64,000 bases of DNA from Alphaproteobacteria bacterium (GTDB lineage Bacteria > Pseudomonadota > Alphaproteobacteria > JAAXGF01), in the NCBI GenBank assembly GCA_963555825.3, contig CAUVXB020000001.1, positions 2,240,001-2,304,000 on the forward strand. Direction: 5' to 3'. The position numbers and the translations under genes are program-made. Under the pieces are notes generated by a model. That model was given only the letters and a program-made list of their open reading frames with translations, ran no database searches and was not told the DNA's origin. Below, in pieces: positions 1 through 8,519 of this stretch. Position 1 is the first letter of the stretch; each line of letters starts with the position of its first letter.

Positions 1-216
1 GCTCATGACGGCGGTCGCCGTTCCACGGTTGCTATACCTGGGCGGGCCTTCGCCCCACCCAAGGCTGTACGTAATCTATTAGCGAATGATCTAACGCCAA
101 GTTATGGTGTAAGCCGTGAGTTGCACTCGCTTAGCCCCAGTTCCGGATGCCATGGCGCGGTCGGAACGCCACAAAATCGCCCCTCACCTAGGTGCTCGGT
201 GATGCTTCGATGCCGA

Positions 217-1029
217 TCACAGCATCTGTGCCGCCCCTCGCGCCATGTCCCTTTCGATCGACAACGCTGGGCGACGGTGACTCTCCGCCGCCAGAATACG
301 CGGCAGGACCTCGGCATTGGCGCGCTCGATATCGGCGGCGAAATCAATCTCGATCCAAGGCGTGCCAGTGATGTCCTCGAATGCGAAGGTGCCGCGCGGC
401 GAAGTCAGCAGCACGTCGCGGATCGCCTCCTCGTACGGTTGCCGCCGGCGGCCTTGCATGAGGTAGAGCCTGGTCTGGGCGATGATGTCCTCGGCCACAC
501 GCGCCGACAGTTTGAATAATCCCACCGATTCCCCGCAGAAATCAAACTCGGTGCTCAGCCACTTGCGGAACTCGACAATCTCACCGTGCCGGACGCACAG
601 CTTGACCGGCTCATCACCCGGCATGAAATCGCGATCAAGGAGCAGGCAGTTCTGGTGCCGGGAGGTGACGAGACGCCGCACGAGACCCTCGTCGTAGAGA
701 CCGTCGGCGTCCATAAGCAACACCGGTCCGCCGCAGCACAACTCGTCGCGCAGGGTCCACAAGGTGACGATGTTCCCCTCGTCGTAATCCTCATTGAACA
801 CGGTGCGCACAAAGTCCTCCTCGCCTAGATCGGCAATCTCCTGTTCGATTTCTTCCTGATGATAGCCGACGCCGAGCACCAGTTCCTCGACGCCGTGTCG
901 CCTGAGAATCTCGACGTGCCGTTGCAGCAACGATTCGCCGCCAAACCGGGGCAATACCTTCGGTGGGTGTTCCGTGACCGCTGGTCCCAGCCGCGCGCCG
1001 ATCCCAGCAGCCAACATGACTGCCTTCAT
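217..1029 (-). CDS. NTP transferase, phosphocholine cytidylyltransferase (LicC-like) family
   Basis: N-terminal MKAVMLAAGIGARLG..PK motif, LLMDAD, GESVG, WIEIDF; ATG at 1029 follows an AAGGA/GAGG RBS. Confidence 0.8.
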   Translation of the reverse strand: MKAVMLAAGIGARLGPAVTEHPPKVLPRFGGESLLQRHVEILRRHGVEELVLGVGYHQEEIEQEIADLGEEDFVRTVFNEDYDEGNIVTLWTLRDELCCGGPVLLMDADGLYDEGLVRRLVTSRHQNCLLLDRDFMPGDEPVKLCVRHGEIVEFRKWLSTEFDFCGESVGLFKLSARVAEDIIAQTRLYLMQGRRRQPYEEAIRDVLLTSPRGTFAFEDITGTPWIEIDFAADIERANAEVLPRILAAESHRRPALSIERDMARGAAQML

Positions 1030-1368
1030 CCCTCGTTCCTTACTACAGTGATCGCCCACGGTGTCGGAAACGGCCGCACGGCTCGCTGGCAAGGCAGGAA
1101 CTCTTGGCTCCCCTTGCCGGTTCGGGGCGCAACAATTCGGAAAGATCCATTCAAACTATCACACAATTCGCGGTTTGTAATGGTCCGGCGGCGGCGTCAG
1201 ATCGGACCCCGCTTGGGCAATATGGGAGCGGAAGCACGGGAAGCACTATGGCAGACCGCGCGCCGGGTCGTGGCAGCTTGCAAGACCCGTTACGAAATGA
1301 AGGGTGCAGAGATTGGCGACCCACTCTAGAGGCCCTTGACAGGCGATCATGGCCGCCCATCGATCCTC

Positions 1369-1551
1369 CTACGCTTCAGTAAGCCAGCTTCGCCCGTCGC
1401 GCCAGTCATCTGTAATCTTACAACGCGGGCAAATGCGCTCACCCAGCCAGTCACTCATGAACAGCTTGCGGCACTTCAAGCATCGTCGCTGCTCGCTCTC
1501 AGGCTCGCGTTCAGGCTCTGGCTTCAGTTTGCTATGGCGTAGTGAGAACAT
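1369..1551 (-). CDS. Small Zn-ribbon-like hypothetical protein
   Basis: 60 aa, CLKC-x13-CPRC (RRCLKCRKLFMSDWLGERICPRCK). Confidence 0.55.
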   Translation of the reverse strand: MFSLRHSKLKPEPEREPESEQRRCLKCRKLFMSDWLGERICPRCKITDDWRDGRSWLTEA

Positions 1552-1580
1552 GCTTCAAGAAAGCGGCTTTCAAATCAGTT

Positions 1581-1769
1581 TCATCCCGAGCGCGTGGTGG
1601 CGGTTCCGCAGCGCCGACATTCCACCTTCTGCACTTGGCCACCTGCACCAAAGGCGCCGACCACCTCGATGAGACGGTAGTCGTGAAAGCTCAACCGGCA
1701 GAGAAGACGGCCGATCCAGTCGGGCAGCTTGTCGCGGCTTTCTGCCACGGTCCGAATTCTTGAACGCAA
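1581..1769 (-). CDS. Small putative metal-binding protein
   Basis: LLCRLSFHDY...ECRRCG (C-x4-H...CxxC); co-oriented just downstream of hflK; start uncertain. Confidence 0.5.
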   Translation of the reverse strand: MRSRIRTVAESRDKLPDWIGRLLCRLSFHDYRLIEVVGAFGAGGQVQKVECRRCGTATTRSG

Positions 1770-1775
1770 CCGCTG

Positions 1776-2807
1776 TCAGGGGACGGCGCCCGAGCCGCCC
1801 CTCCGGTTGTCGATCAGCACCTTGTCCATGTCGCGCATGATGACCTTCATGGTCTCCAGGTAGATGCGCCGCCTGGTGACGTCCTTCTGCTGCAGGTACT
1901 CCGCGTAGACCGACAGGAAGCGCTGCGACTCGCCGGTGGCGATGGCGATCTTCTGCTCCTTGTAGCCCTCGGCCTCGTTGACGATCTTCTCGGCCTCGCC
2001 CTCGGCGTGCGCCACCACCTCGTTCAGGTAGGCCGTCGCCTCGTTGACCTTGCGCTCCTTGTCGGCGCGCGCCGCCTGGACGTCGCGGAAGGCGGCCAGC
2101 ACGATGCCCGGCGGGTCGATCTTCTGGAGCTGCACGTCGGTCACCTCGATGCCGGAGCCGTATTGGTCGAGGATGCGCTGGACCAGCTCCTGCGCCTCGC
2201 CCTCGATGCGGACGCGGCCCTGGGTGCGCGCGAACTCGAACCCGGACTTGCCGATGATCTCGCGCAGCGCGCTCTCCGAGGCGTCCTTCACCGTTCGGTC
2301 GGGGTTGCGGATGTTGAACAGGTACAGCCCGGCGTCCTTGATCCGCCAGAAGGTCACGAAATTGACGTCGATGATGTTTTCGTCGCCGGTCAGCATCAGG
2401 CTTTCCCGGGGCACGCTGCGCACCAGGTCGGTCTGGCGCTGCTCGCCGCCCGAGAGAAAGCCTACCTCGGTGCGGTTCACCCGCGTCACCTTGGGCCTGA
2501 AAATTTCGCCAATCGGCGCCGGCAGATTGTAATTTAGGCCCGGCTGGGTGGTGCCGACCCATTCGCCGAAGATCAATGCAACGCCTTGTTCCTCGGGCTG
2601 CACCCGGTAGAACCCGGTGGCGAGCCAGCCGAGCAGCACGACGACGATGATGACCAGAATACCGCGCGCGCCGCCGACGCCGCCGGGGATCAGCCCGCGG
2701 ACCCGGTCCTGGCCCTTGCGCAGCAACTCCTCGAGGTCGGGCGGTCGCGGGCCCTGTGGGCCGCGGCCCCAGGGACCCTGGCCGCCGCCGCCTTGATTAT
2801 CCGACAT
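1776..2807 (-). CDS. hflK: FtsH protease modulator HflK (SPFH domain)
   Basis: GGQGPWG..PPDLEELL N-terminus, one TM helix, MLTGDENIIDV, AFRDVQAARAD, VTRRRIYLETM; no hflC follows. Confidence 0.92.
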   Translation of the reverse strand: MSDNQGGGGQGPWGRGPQGPRPPDLEELLRKGQDRVRGLIPGGVGGARGILVIIVVVLLGWLATGFYRVQPEEQGVALIFGEWVGTTQPGLNYNLPAPIGEIFRPKVTRVNRTEVGFLSGGEQRQTDLVRSVPRESLMLTGDENIIDVNFVTFWRIKDAGLYLFNIRNPDRTVKDASESALREIIGKSGFEFARTQGRVRIEGEAQELVQRILDQYGSGIEVTDVQLQKIDPPGIVLAAFRDVQAARADKERKVNEATAYLNEVVAHAEGEAEKIVNEAEGYKEQKIAIATGESQRFLSVYAEYLQQKDVTRRRIYLETMKVIMRDMDKVLIDNRRGGSGAVP

Positions 2808-3195
2808 TTCCCATATATTCCCAGATAACAGTCATATCGACTCCGACAGTACCCAAATTTCATCGGTCATTGGAATCGTTTCACCTCCGCAGCCGTCTGA
2901 CAGGCAGATTTTGGTCATTTGACTGTGTTCGCAAGCCCATTTGGTCCAGTTGTTCGTCACCCAGACGCACCTCTCCCGTCAACCGACATGTTCCCAGGCT
3001 CCCGTTCAGCATCGTGGTGGTGGCCTTGGCCGCAGACCATCGATCAGGCGCAGAATCTCGACGAACGGGGTTCTGGGTATGGCGACCTCCGCCATCTGGA
3101 AAGTGATGTAACGGCCGTGGCGCACGACCTTGTCGCCAATCTTGACCAGCTTCTCCCGCAGGATCGTAAGCGACCAATGCGCTGTTTCCTCGGGC
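2801..3195 (-). pseudogene. IS1380-family relic: transposase C-terminal fragment plus right end
   Basis: Minus strand ~3195-3007 reads HWSLTILREKLVKIGDKVVRHGRYITFQMAEVAIPR..EILRLIDGLRP, a typical IS1380 transposase C-terminus; probable end ..ATATGGGAAATGTCGG at 2816-2801. Confidence 0.75.
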
Positions 3196-3218
3196 GGGGT
3201 TTACTTCTGCTTTGGGTC

Positions 3219-4903
3219 CAGCCTGTGTGAGAACGTTTGCTGCTATTTCTGTGTGGCGCGTCTTTGGGTTTGGATGATCAGTCGGGACGTGTTTTCCGGG
3301 ATTATGGATTTTCGCCGCTCGTGCGGGCTTTTCGGCCGGCTGGCGCCGTTGTGAGCCGCGATGTGGCCGGGTATGGGCGTAATTGTCGGCGCAGGGGCGC
3401 CTATGCCGTCCTGATCGCCGCGATCAGCGGGTCGATGCCCATGATGTTCATGACGCGCTTGAGATTGTAGGCCAGCACGTGCAAGGCCATCTCGGTCCTC
3501 ACCCGCTTCAGCGTCTTCATCTGGAAGTGCGTCGCGCCCATCCAGGCCTTGAGGGTGCCGAAGGGATGCTCGGCCGTCTCGCGCCGCCGACGCATCGCCT
3601 CCGGGTGCTCGTCGAGCCGCCTCTCGACGGCCTCGAGAATGTGTTCGTGCTGCCAACGGGTGATGCGGCGCTGCTTGGCCGTGGTGCAGCGATGCTTGAT
3701 GGCGCATCCCTGACAGGCGTTGGTCCAGTAGCGCCGCATGCTCAGCCCCCTCTCCTGGCTGGTGAAGCGGTAGACCAAACGCTCGCCGGCCGGGCAGCGA
3801 TAGACATCGTCGGCGGCCAGATAGACGAAGTCCTGTTTGCCGAAGCGGCCCTTGGCCTTGGCTCCAGAGGTCAGCGGCTTAGGCAATGTGACGGTGATGC
3901 CGGCCTCATCGCAGGCCAGAATCTCCTTGCCGTTGTAGTAGCCGCGATCGGCAACGACATCCAACTCGTCGGTCTCCAGAGCCGCCTTGGTCCGCTTCGC
4001 CATGGCTGAGAGCTGGGCGCGGTCGGTGCCCTGATTGGTCACCTCGTGGGCAACGATCAGGTGATGCTTGGTGTCGACGGCGGCCTGAACGTTGTAGCCC
4101 ACCACGCCGGAACCCCGGCCGCTCGTCGCCATCGAGCGGGCATCGGGATCGCTCAGAGAGATCTGCTGGTCCGGGCTCGCACGCCGCTCGACTTCAAGCG
4201 CCTTCAGGCGCCGCATCTCCTGCTTGAGGATCGCAATCTTGTCGGCCAGACGAGTCGTCTTGGTCGTCCGCGCCAGCGACGGCTCTTGCCGGTCGGCGCT
4301 GTCCAACTGGTCCAGATAGCGCGCAACGCTCGCCTCGATCTGCGCCACCCGCCGCGCCATCTTGGCCCGCGTGAAGTTCCTGTCCCGGCTGTTGACCGCC
4401 TTGAACTTACTGCCGTCGATCGCCACGCTCGCCTCGGCGAACAGCCCCAGTTGCCGGCACAGGGCGACGAACCGGGCGCAGACCTTGCGGATCGCACGGC
4501 CGTTGTCCTTGCGGAAGTCGGCGATCGTCTTGTGATCCGGCGCCAGCCGGCCGACCAGCCACATCACTTCCACATTGCGCCCGGCCTCCCTCTCGAGCCG
4601 ACGGCTCGACTGAACCCGGTTGAGATAGCCGTAGATGTAGAGCTTCAACAAATCGCAAGGATGATAGGCCGGCCTGCCGGTCGCCAGCGGCTCGACCCGG
4701 TTAAAGCCGAGACCCCCAAGATCGAGCTCATCGACGAAGACGTCGATCGCCCGAACCGGGGTGTCCTCGCCGATCCAGTCTTCCAGGCGCTCGGGAAACA
4801 ACGTGCCCTGGCTGCGATCGACACCCTCCACAAAACGCTTCATCAGACCCTCCCGCCAAAGCACAAGAGAATCATAACACCATCGACGTATTCACACAGG
4901 CTG
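3219..4903 (-). mobile_element. IS1182-family insertion sequence, complete
   Basis: TIRs CAGCCTGTGTGA (3219-3230) and TCACACAGGCTG (4892-4903); 4-bp direct repeat GGTC at 3215-3218 and 4904-4907. Confidence 0.9.
3401..4843 (-). CDS. IS1182-family transposase
   Basis: DUF772-like N-terminus (GRPAY..LLKLYIYGY..SSRRLE), IDGSKFKA, GYNVQ, ADRGY, EHPFGTLK. Confidence 0.95.
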   Translation of the reverse strand: MKRFVEGVDRSQGTLFPERLEDWIGEDTPVRAIDVFVDELDLGGLGFNRVEPLATGRPAYHPCDLLKLYIYGYLNRVQSSRRLEREAGRNVEVMWLVGRLAPDHKTIADFRKDNGRAIRKVCARFVALCRQLGLFAEASVAIDGSKFKAVNSRDRNFTRAKMARRVAQIEASVARYLDQLDSADRQEPSLARTTKTTRLADKIAILKQEMRRLKALEVERRASPDQQISLSDPDARSMATSGRGSGVVGYNVQAAVDTKHHLIVAHEVTNQGTDRAQLSAMAKRTKAALETDELDVVADRGYYNGKEILACDEAGITVTLPKPLTSGAKAKGRFGKQDFVYLAADDVYRCPAGERLVYRFTSQERGLSMRRYWTNACQGCAIKHRCTTAKQRRITRWQHEHILEAVERRLDEHPEAMRRRRETAEHPFGTLKAWMGATHFQMKTLKRVRTEMALHVLAYNLKRVMNIMGIDPLIAAIRTA

Positions 4904-5016
4904 GGTCATGAGCAGACCTCCAGCGATCTCGTCTTCGAAGTCCGGTTCGGAGCGGTAAGCGGACGTGCCCGCATGCGCGACGAGGCAAGCAAACCGGCCA
5001 AGGGCGACTAGCTGAT

Positions 5017-6861
5017 CTAATCGGCGAGCAGGCGCGCATCGCCGGCTGGTGTCTCGCGCGGCGCGACGTCGGTGTCGAACTGCAGCTCGGCGAGGCGGGC
5101 GTAGAGGCCGCCCTGGGCGATCAGCTCGTGGTGCGTGCCCTCGGCGACGGCGCGCCCGTGGTCCATGACGACGATCCGGTCGGCCTTGAGAACGGTCGCC
5201 AGGCGATGGGCGATGACGATCGTGGTGCGGCCGGCCATCAGCCGCTCGAGCGCTTGTTGCACCATGCGTTCGCTTTCCGCGTCGAGCGCGCTGGTCGCCT
5301 CGTCGAGCAACAGCACCGGCGCGTTGCGCAGGACCGCCCGGGCGATGGCGATGCGTTGGCGCTGGCCACCCGAGAGCTGTACGCCGCGCTCGCCGAGGTA
5401 GGTGCCGAAACCGTCGGGCAGCCGATCGATGAATTCGCTCGCCGCGGCGGCATCGGCGGCGGCGCGCAGCTCTGCGTCGCTCGCCTCGGGCCGGCCGTAG
5501 CGGATGTTCTCGGCGGCGTCGGCGGCGAACACGACTGGTTCCTGCGGCACCAGGGCGAGGCGCGCGCGGACCTCGGCTGGATCGGCGTCGCGCAGATCGA
5601 CGCCGTCGAGCGTGATGGTCCCGTTGCCCGGGTCGTAGAAGCGGAGCAGGAGTTGGAAGACGGTCGTCTTGCCGGCACCCGAGGGACCGACCAGGGCGAC
5701 CGTCTCGCCGGCGGAAACCCTGAGACTGAAGTGGTCGAGCGCCGATAACTCGGGGCGCGCCGGATAGCGGAAAGTGATGTCGTCGAACGCGACGACACCC
5801 TTGGGCGGCGTCGGCAGGGCGACCGGCGCGGCCGGCGCGGCCGGCGCGGCGATGCCGGGCGCGGTGGTCAGCAAATCCATCAGTCGCTCGGTCGCGCCCG
5901 CCGCGCGCTGCAGCTCGCCGACCACCTCGCTCAAGGCGCCGACCGAGCCGGCGACGACCACGGCGTAGAAGACGAAGGCCGACAGCTCGCCCGCGCTGAC
6001 CCGCCCGGCGATGACGTCGTGCCCGCCGATCCACAAGACCGTGCCGACCGCGCCGAACACGGTGACGATGACGAAGGCGGTGAGCATGGCGCGCGCGCTG
6101 ATCCGGCCGACCGCGGCGCCGAAGGCGTCCTCGACGCGCGCACCGAATCGGTCGCGCTCGAGCGGCTCGCGGCCGAAGGCCTGGACGGTGCGCACCGCGT
6201 GCAGGCTCTCGTCGATATGCGCGCCGATATCGGCGACGCGGTCCTGACTGAGGCGCGACAGGCGGCGCACGCGGCGGCCGAAGACGACGATCGGCAGGAT
6301 CACCACCGGCACGACCAAGAACACCAGCGCGGTCAACTTGGGACTGGTGATGGCCAAAAGCGCCGTACCGCCGAACAGCAGCAGCATGTTGCGCAGCGCC
6401 ATCGACGTGGTCGCGCCGAGCACGACCTGCAGCACGGTGGTGTCGGTGGTCAGCCGCGAGACGATCTCGCCGGTGCGCGTCGCCTCGAAGAACGCCGGGC
6501 TGATGCCGACGACGTGGCCGTAGACCGCGCGCCGGATGTCGGCGACGACGCGCTCGCCGATCCACGAGACCAGGTAATAGCGGCCATAGCTCGCCATCGC
6601 GAGCAGCGCGGTGACGCCGAGCATGACGATCAGCGCCTGGTCCAAGAGCGCCGTGTCGTCGCCACTGAAGCCCTCGTCGACCAGCCGGCGCAGGCCGAAA
6701 CCGAGCGCCAGCACCGTGCCCGCCGCGGTTATCAGCGCGACCATGGCGCCCGCGATAGCCAATTTGTAGGGCGCCAGAAACGGCAGCACGCGGCGCAGCT
6801 GGCCGAGCTCGCGGCCACGCGTGCGGTCGCCGGCGACATCGTCGGTTCCGGGTCGCCTCAT
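5017..6861 (-). CDS. ABC exporter, fused permease/ATPase (MsbA-related)
   Basis: TM domain plus GPSGAGKT, LSGGQRQR, LLLDEATSALD, IAHRL. Confidence 0.93.
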   Translation of the reverse strand: MRRPGTDDVAGDRTRGRELGQLRRVLPFLAPYKLAIAGAMVALITAAGTVLALGFGLRRLVDEGFSGDDTALLDQALIVMLGVTALLAMASYGRYYLVSWIGERVVADIRRAVYGHVVGISPAFFEATRTGEIVSRLTTDTTVLQVVLGATTSMALRNMLLLFGGTALLAITSPKLTALVFLVVPVVILPIVVFGRRVRRLSRLSQDRVADIGAHIDESLHAVRTVQAFGREPLERDRFGARVEDAFGAAVGRISARAMLTAFVIVTVFGAVGTVLWIGGHDVIAGRVSAGELSAFVFYAVVVAGSVGALSEVVGELQRAAGATERLMDLLTTAPGIAAPAAPAAPVALPTPPKGVVAFDDITFRYPARPELSALDHFSLRVSAGETVALVGPSGAGKTTVFQLLLRFYDPGNGTITLDGVDLRDADPAEVRARLALVPQEPVVFAADAAENIRYGRPEASDAELRAAADAAAASEFIDRLPDGFGTYLGERGVQLSGGQRQRIAIARAVLRNAPVLLLDEATSALDAESERMVQQALERLMAGRTTIVIAHRLATVLKADRIVVMDHGRAVAEGTHHELIAQGGLYARLAELQFDTDVAPRETPAGDARLLAD

Positions 6862-6946
6862 CGGCCGCGCCGCCTAACTGCGGCCGCTGCTTGGGAGACA
6901 GCCTTGAAACTGCCGAAACTCACGGTCATGTAGTGTTTTGCCCGCC

Positions 6947-7220
6947 CTAGCACGGACTTCTCACCATGGACAGGCGCGTCATCGCGTCGGGCGGTCGCCG
7001 ATCCGCCAGGAGAAGGCCGCGGCGCGTAGCCTGGGCTACGCGCAAGGCCTTCGACGCCGCGGGCGGCCCGGGCGGCGCGACCCGAAGGGCGGCGGATCTC
7101 GGACGACAGGCCGCGTCAAAGCGCTTGCCCGATGCGCAAGCATCGGGCGGCACGCTTTTCCTAGTCTGTCGTCCGATATCCGCCGTGCCGCACCTGTCCA
7201 TGGTAAGAAGGCAGAGCTTG
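6947..7220. repeat. ~274-bp MITE-like palindromic element, copy 1
   Basis: Imperfect ~28-bp TIR CTAGCACGGACTTCTCACCATGGACAGG ... CCTGTCCATGGTAAGAAGGCAGAGCTTG; closely similar inverted copy at 39584-41323. Confidence 0.85.
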
Positions 7221-7320
7221 CGCCCGTCAAATTGCGGGGCGGGCTATCGGTATCGCATGGCGGCGGACAACACAAGGCCGCTAGGCAAGACAGATCAAGA
7301 CGGTTAGGCGAAAAGTCGAC

Positions 7321-7349
7321 TTGCCGGACGGCTTCGGCTTGGCTATAAC
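7321..7349 (+). promoter_or_regulatory. Sigma70-like promoter of rpmE
   Basis: TTGCCG-17 bp-TATAAC upstream of a GAGGAG RBS. Confidence 0.5.
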
Positions 7350-7375
7350 TCGCGCCCGGTCCGAGGAGCACTGTG

Positions 7376-7597
7376 ATGAAAAAAGATATCCACCCCGATT
7401 ACCACGAAATCAACGTGGTGATGACTGACGGTACGAATTTCACGACGCGTTCGACCTGGGGCGAGCCCGGCGCCACGATGACGCTCGACGTCGATCCCAA
7501 GTCGCACCCGGCGTGGACCGGCGGCGCGACGCGTGTCGTCGACCGCGGTCAGGTGGCGAAGTTCCGCAAACGCTTCGGCAGCTTCGGCCTCAAGTAA
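7376..7597 (+). CDS. rpmE: 50S ribosomal protein L31 (Cys-free type)
   Basis: [30 protein letters not shown]. Confidence 0.97.
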   Translation: MKKDIHPDYHEINVVMTDGTNFTTRSTWGEPGATMTLDVDPKSHPAWTGGATRVVDRGQVAKFRKRFGSFGLK

Positions 7598-7632
7598 CCG
7601 CTGCGCGCGGGCCGCTTTGCGCGGCTCCGCGA

Positions 7633-7661
7633 TTGACTCGAAACGCGCAGACTTCTATAGA
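7633..7661 (+). promoter_or_regulatory. Sigma70-like promoter of the rpmH operon
   Basis: TTGACT-17 bp-TATAGA. Confidence 0.55.
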
Positions 7662-7714
7662 GCGGGACAAGTTTTCGTCCCGTCCAGAACAATCGGAATT
7701 ACGGAGCATAACCG

Positions 7715-7849
7715 GTGAAACGCACGTTCCAGCCCAGCGTCCTCGTCCGCAAGCGGCGCCATGGATTTCGCGCCCGCATGGCGACCGCTGGTGGCCGCAA
7801 GGTTCTGGCCAATCGCCGCGCCAAGGGGCGCAAGCGGCTCTCAGCCTGA
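7715..7849 (+). CDS. rpmH: 50S ribosomal protein L34 (not in the ORF track)
   Basis: GTG start; [44 protein letters not shown]. Confidence 0.97.
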   Translation: MKRTFQPSVLVRKRRHGFRARMATAGGRKVLANRRAKGRKRLSA

Positions 7850-7854
7850 TTTCG

Positions 7855-8238
7855 ATGGTCGTCCGCATCGCGCGGCTCAAGCGGCGTGCCGAATTCCTGC
7901 GCGTCGCCAGTACGCGGCGGAAGTGGGTAACGCCCGGCCTCATTCTTCAGGCGGCTGACGGCGCCGCGGAAGGCGATTTCCGCGTCGGCTTTACGGCCAG
8001 CCGCAAGGTTGGCGCTGCGGTCGCGCGCAACCGGGCACGCCGTCGCCTGCGCGCCGTCGTCGACCGGGTCATGCCGACGCGCGCCCGGCCCGGCACCGAT
8101 TACGTCGTCATCGCGCGTCAGGCGACCGTCGCGCGCCCGTTCGACGCGTTGGTCGGCGACATGGAAGAAGCATTCGACCGGCTCGCCGCGAAGCACCAGC
8201 GCGCCACGGAACGAGGGCAAGGGAAAGCCGCGACATGA
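7855..8238 (+). CDS. rnpA: RNase P protein component
   Basis: [32 protein letters not shown]; lies between rpmH and yidD. Confidence 0.95.
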   Translation: MVVRIARLKRRAEFLRVASTRRKWVTPGLILQAADGAAEGDFRVGFTASRKVGAAVARNRARRRLRAVVDRVMPTRARPGTDYVVIARQATVARPFDALVGDMEEAFDRLAAKHQRATERGQGKAAT

Positions 8239-8498
8239 AAGTCATAAGCCTGCTGCTGCGCGGCCTCGTCCGCCTCTATCAGTGGACGATCTCGCCGATT
8301 CTCGCGCCGCGCTGCCGGTTCCTGCCGACCTGCTCGGAATATGCCATCGACGCGATCGACCGGCATGGCCCGTTCGCGGGCGGCTGGCTCGCGCTCAAGC
8401 GCATTGCCCGCTGCCACCCGTGGGCCGGCTGGGGCTACGATCCGGTACCCGACGCGGGCGCGCGGCGCGACGCCGACGACGATCATGCCGCGGCCTGA
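8235..8498 (+). CDS. yidD: Membrane protein insertion efficiency factor
   Basis: [29 protein letters not shown]. Confidence 0.95.
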   Translation: MKVISLLLRGLVRLYQWTISPILAPRCRFLPTCSEYAIDAIDRHGPFAGGWLALKRIARCHPWAGWGYDPVPDAGARRDADDDHAAA

Positions 8499-8519
8499 CC
8501 CAGCAGCGGAACAACTGAC

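Noticed and set aside
5822-5850. 9-bp tandem repeat CCGGCGCGG x3
   Set aside because: An in-frame Ala/Pro linker between ABC domains; unremarkable.
6938-7371. Short ORFs upstream of rpmE, and similar ones at 39508-40016
   Set aside because: They are translations of the MITE-like repeat, not genes.
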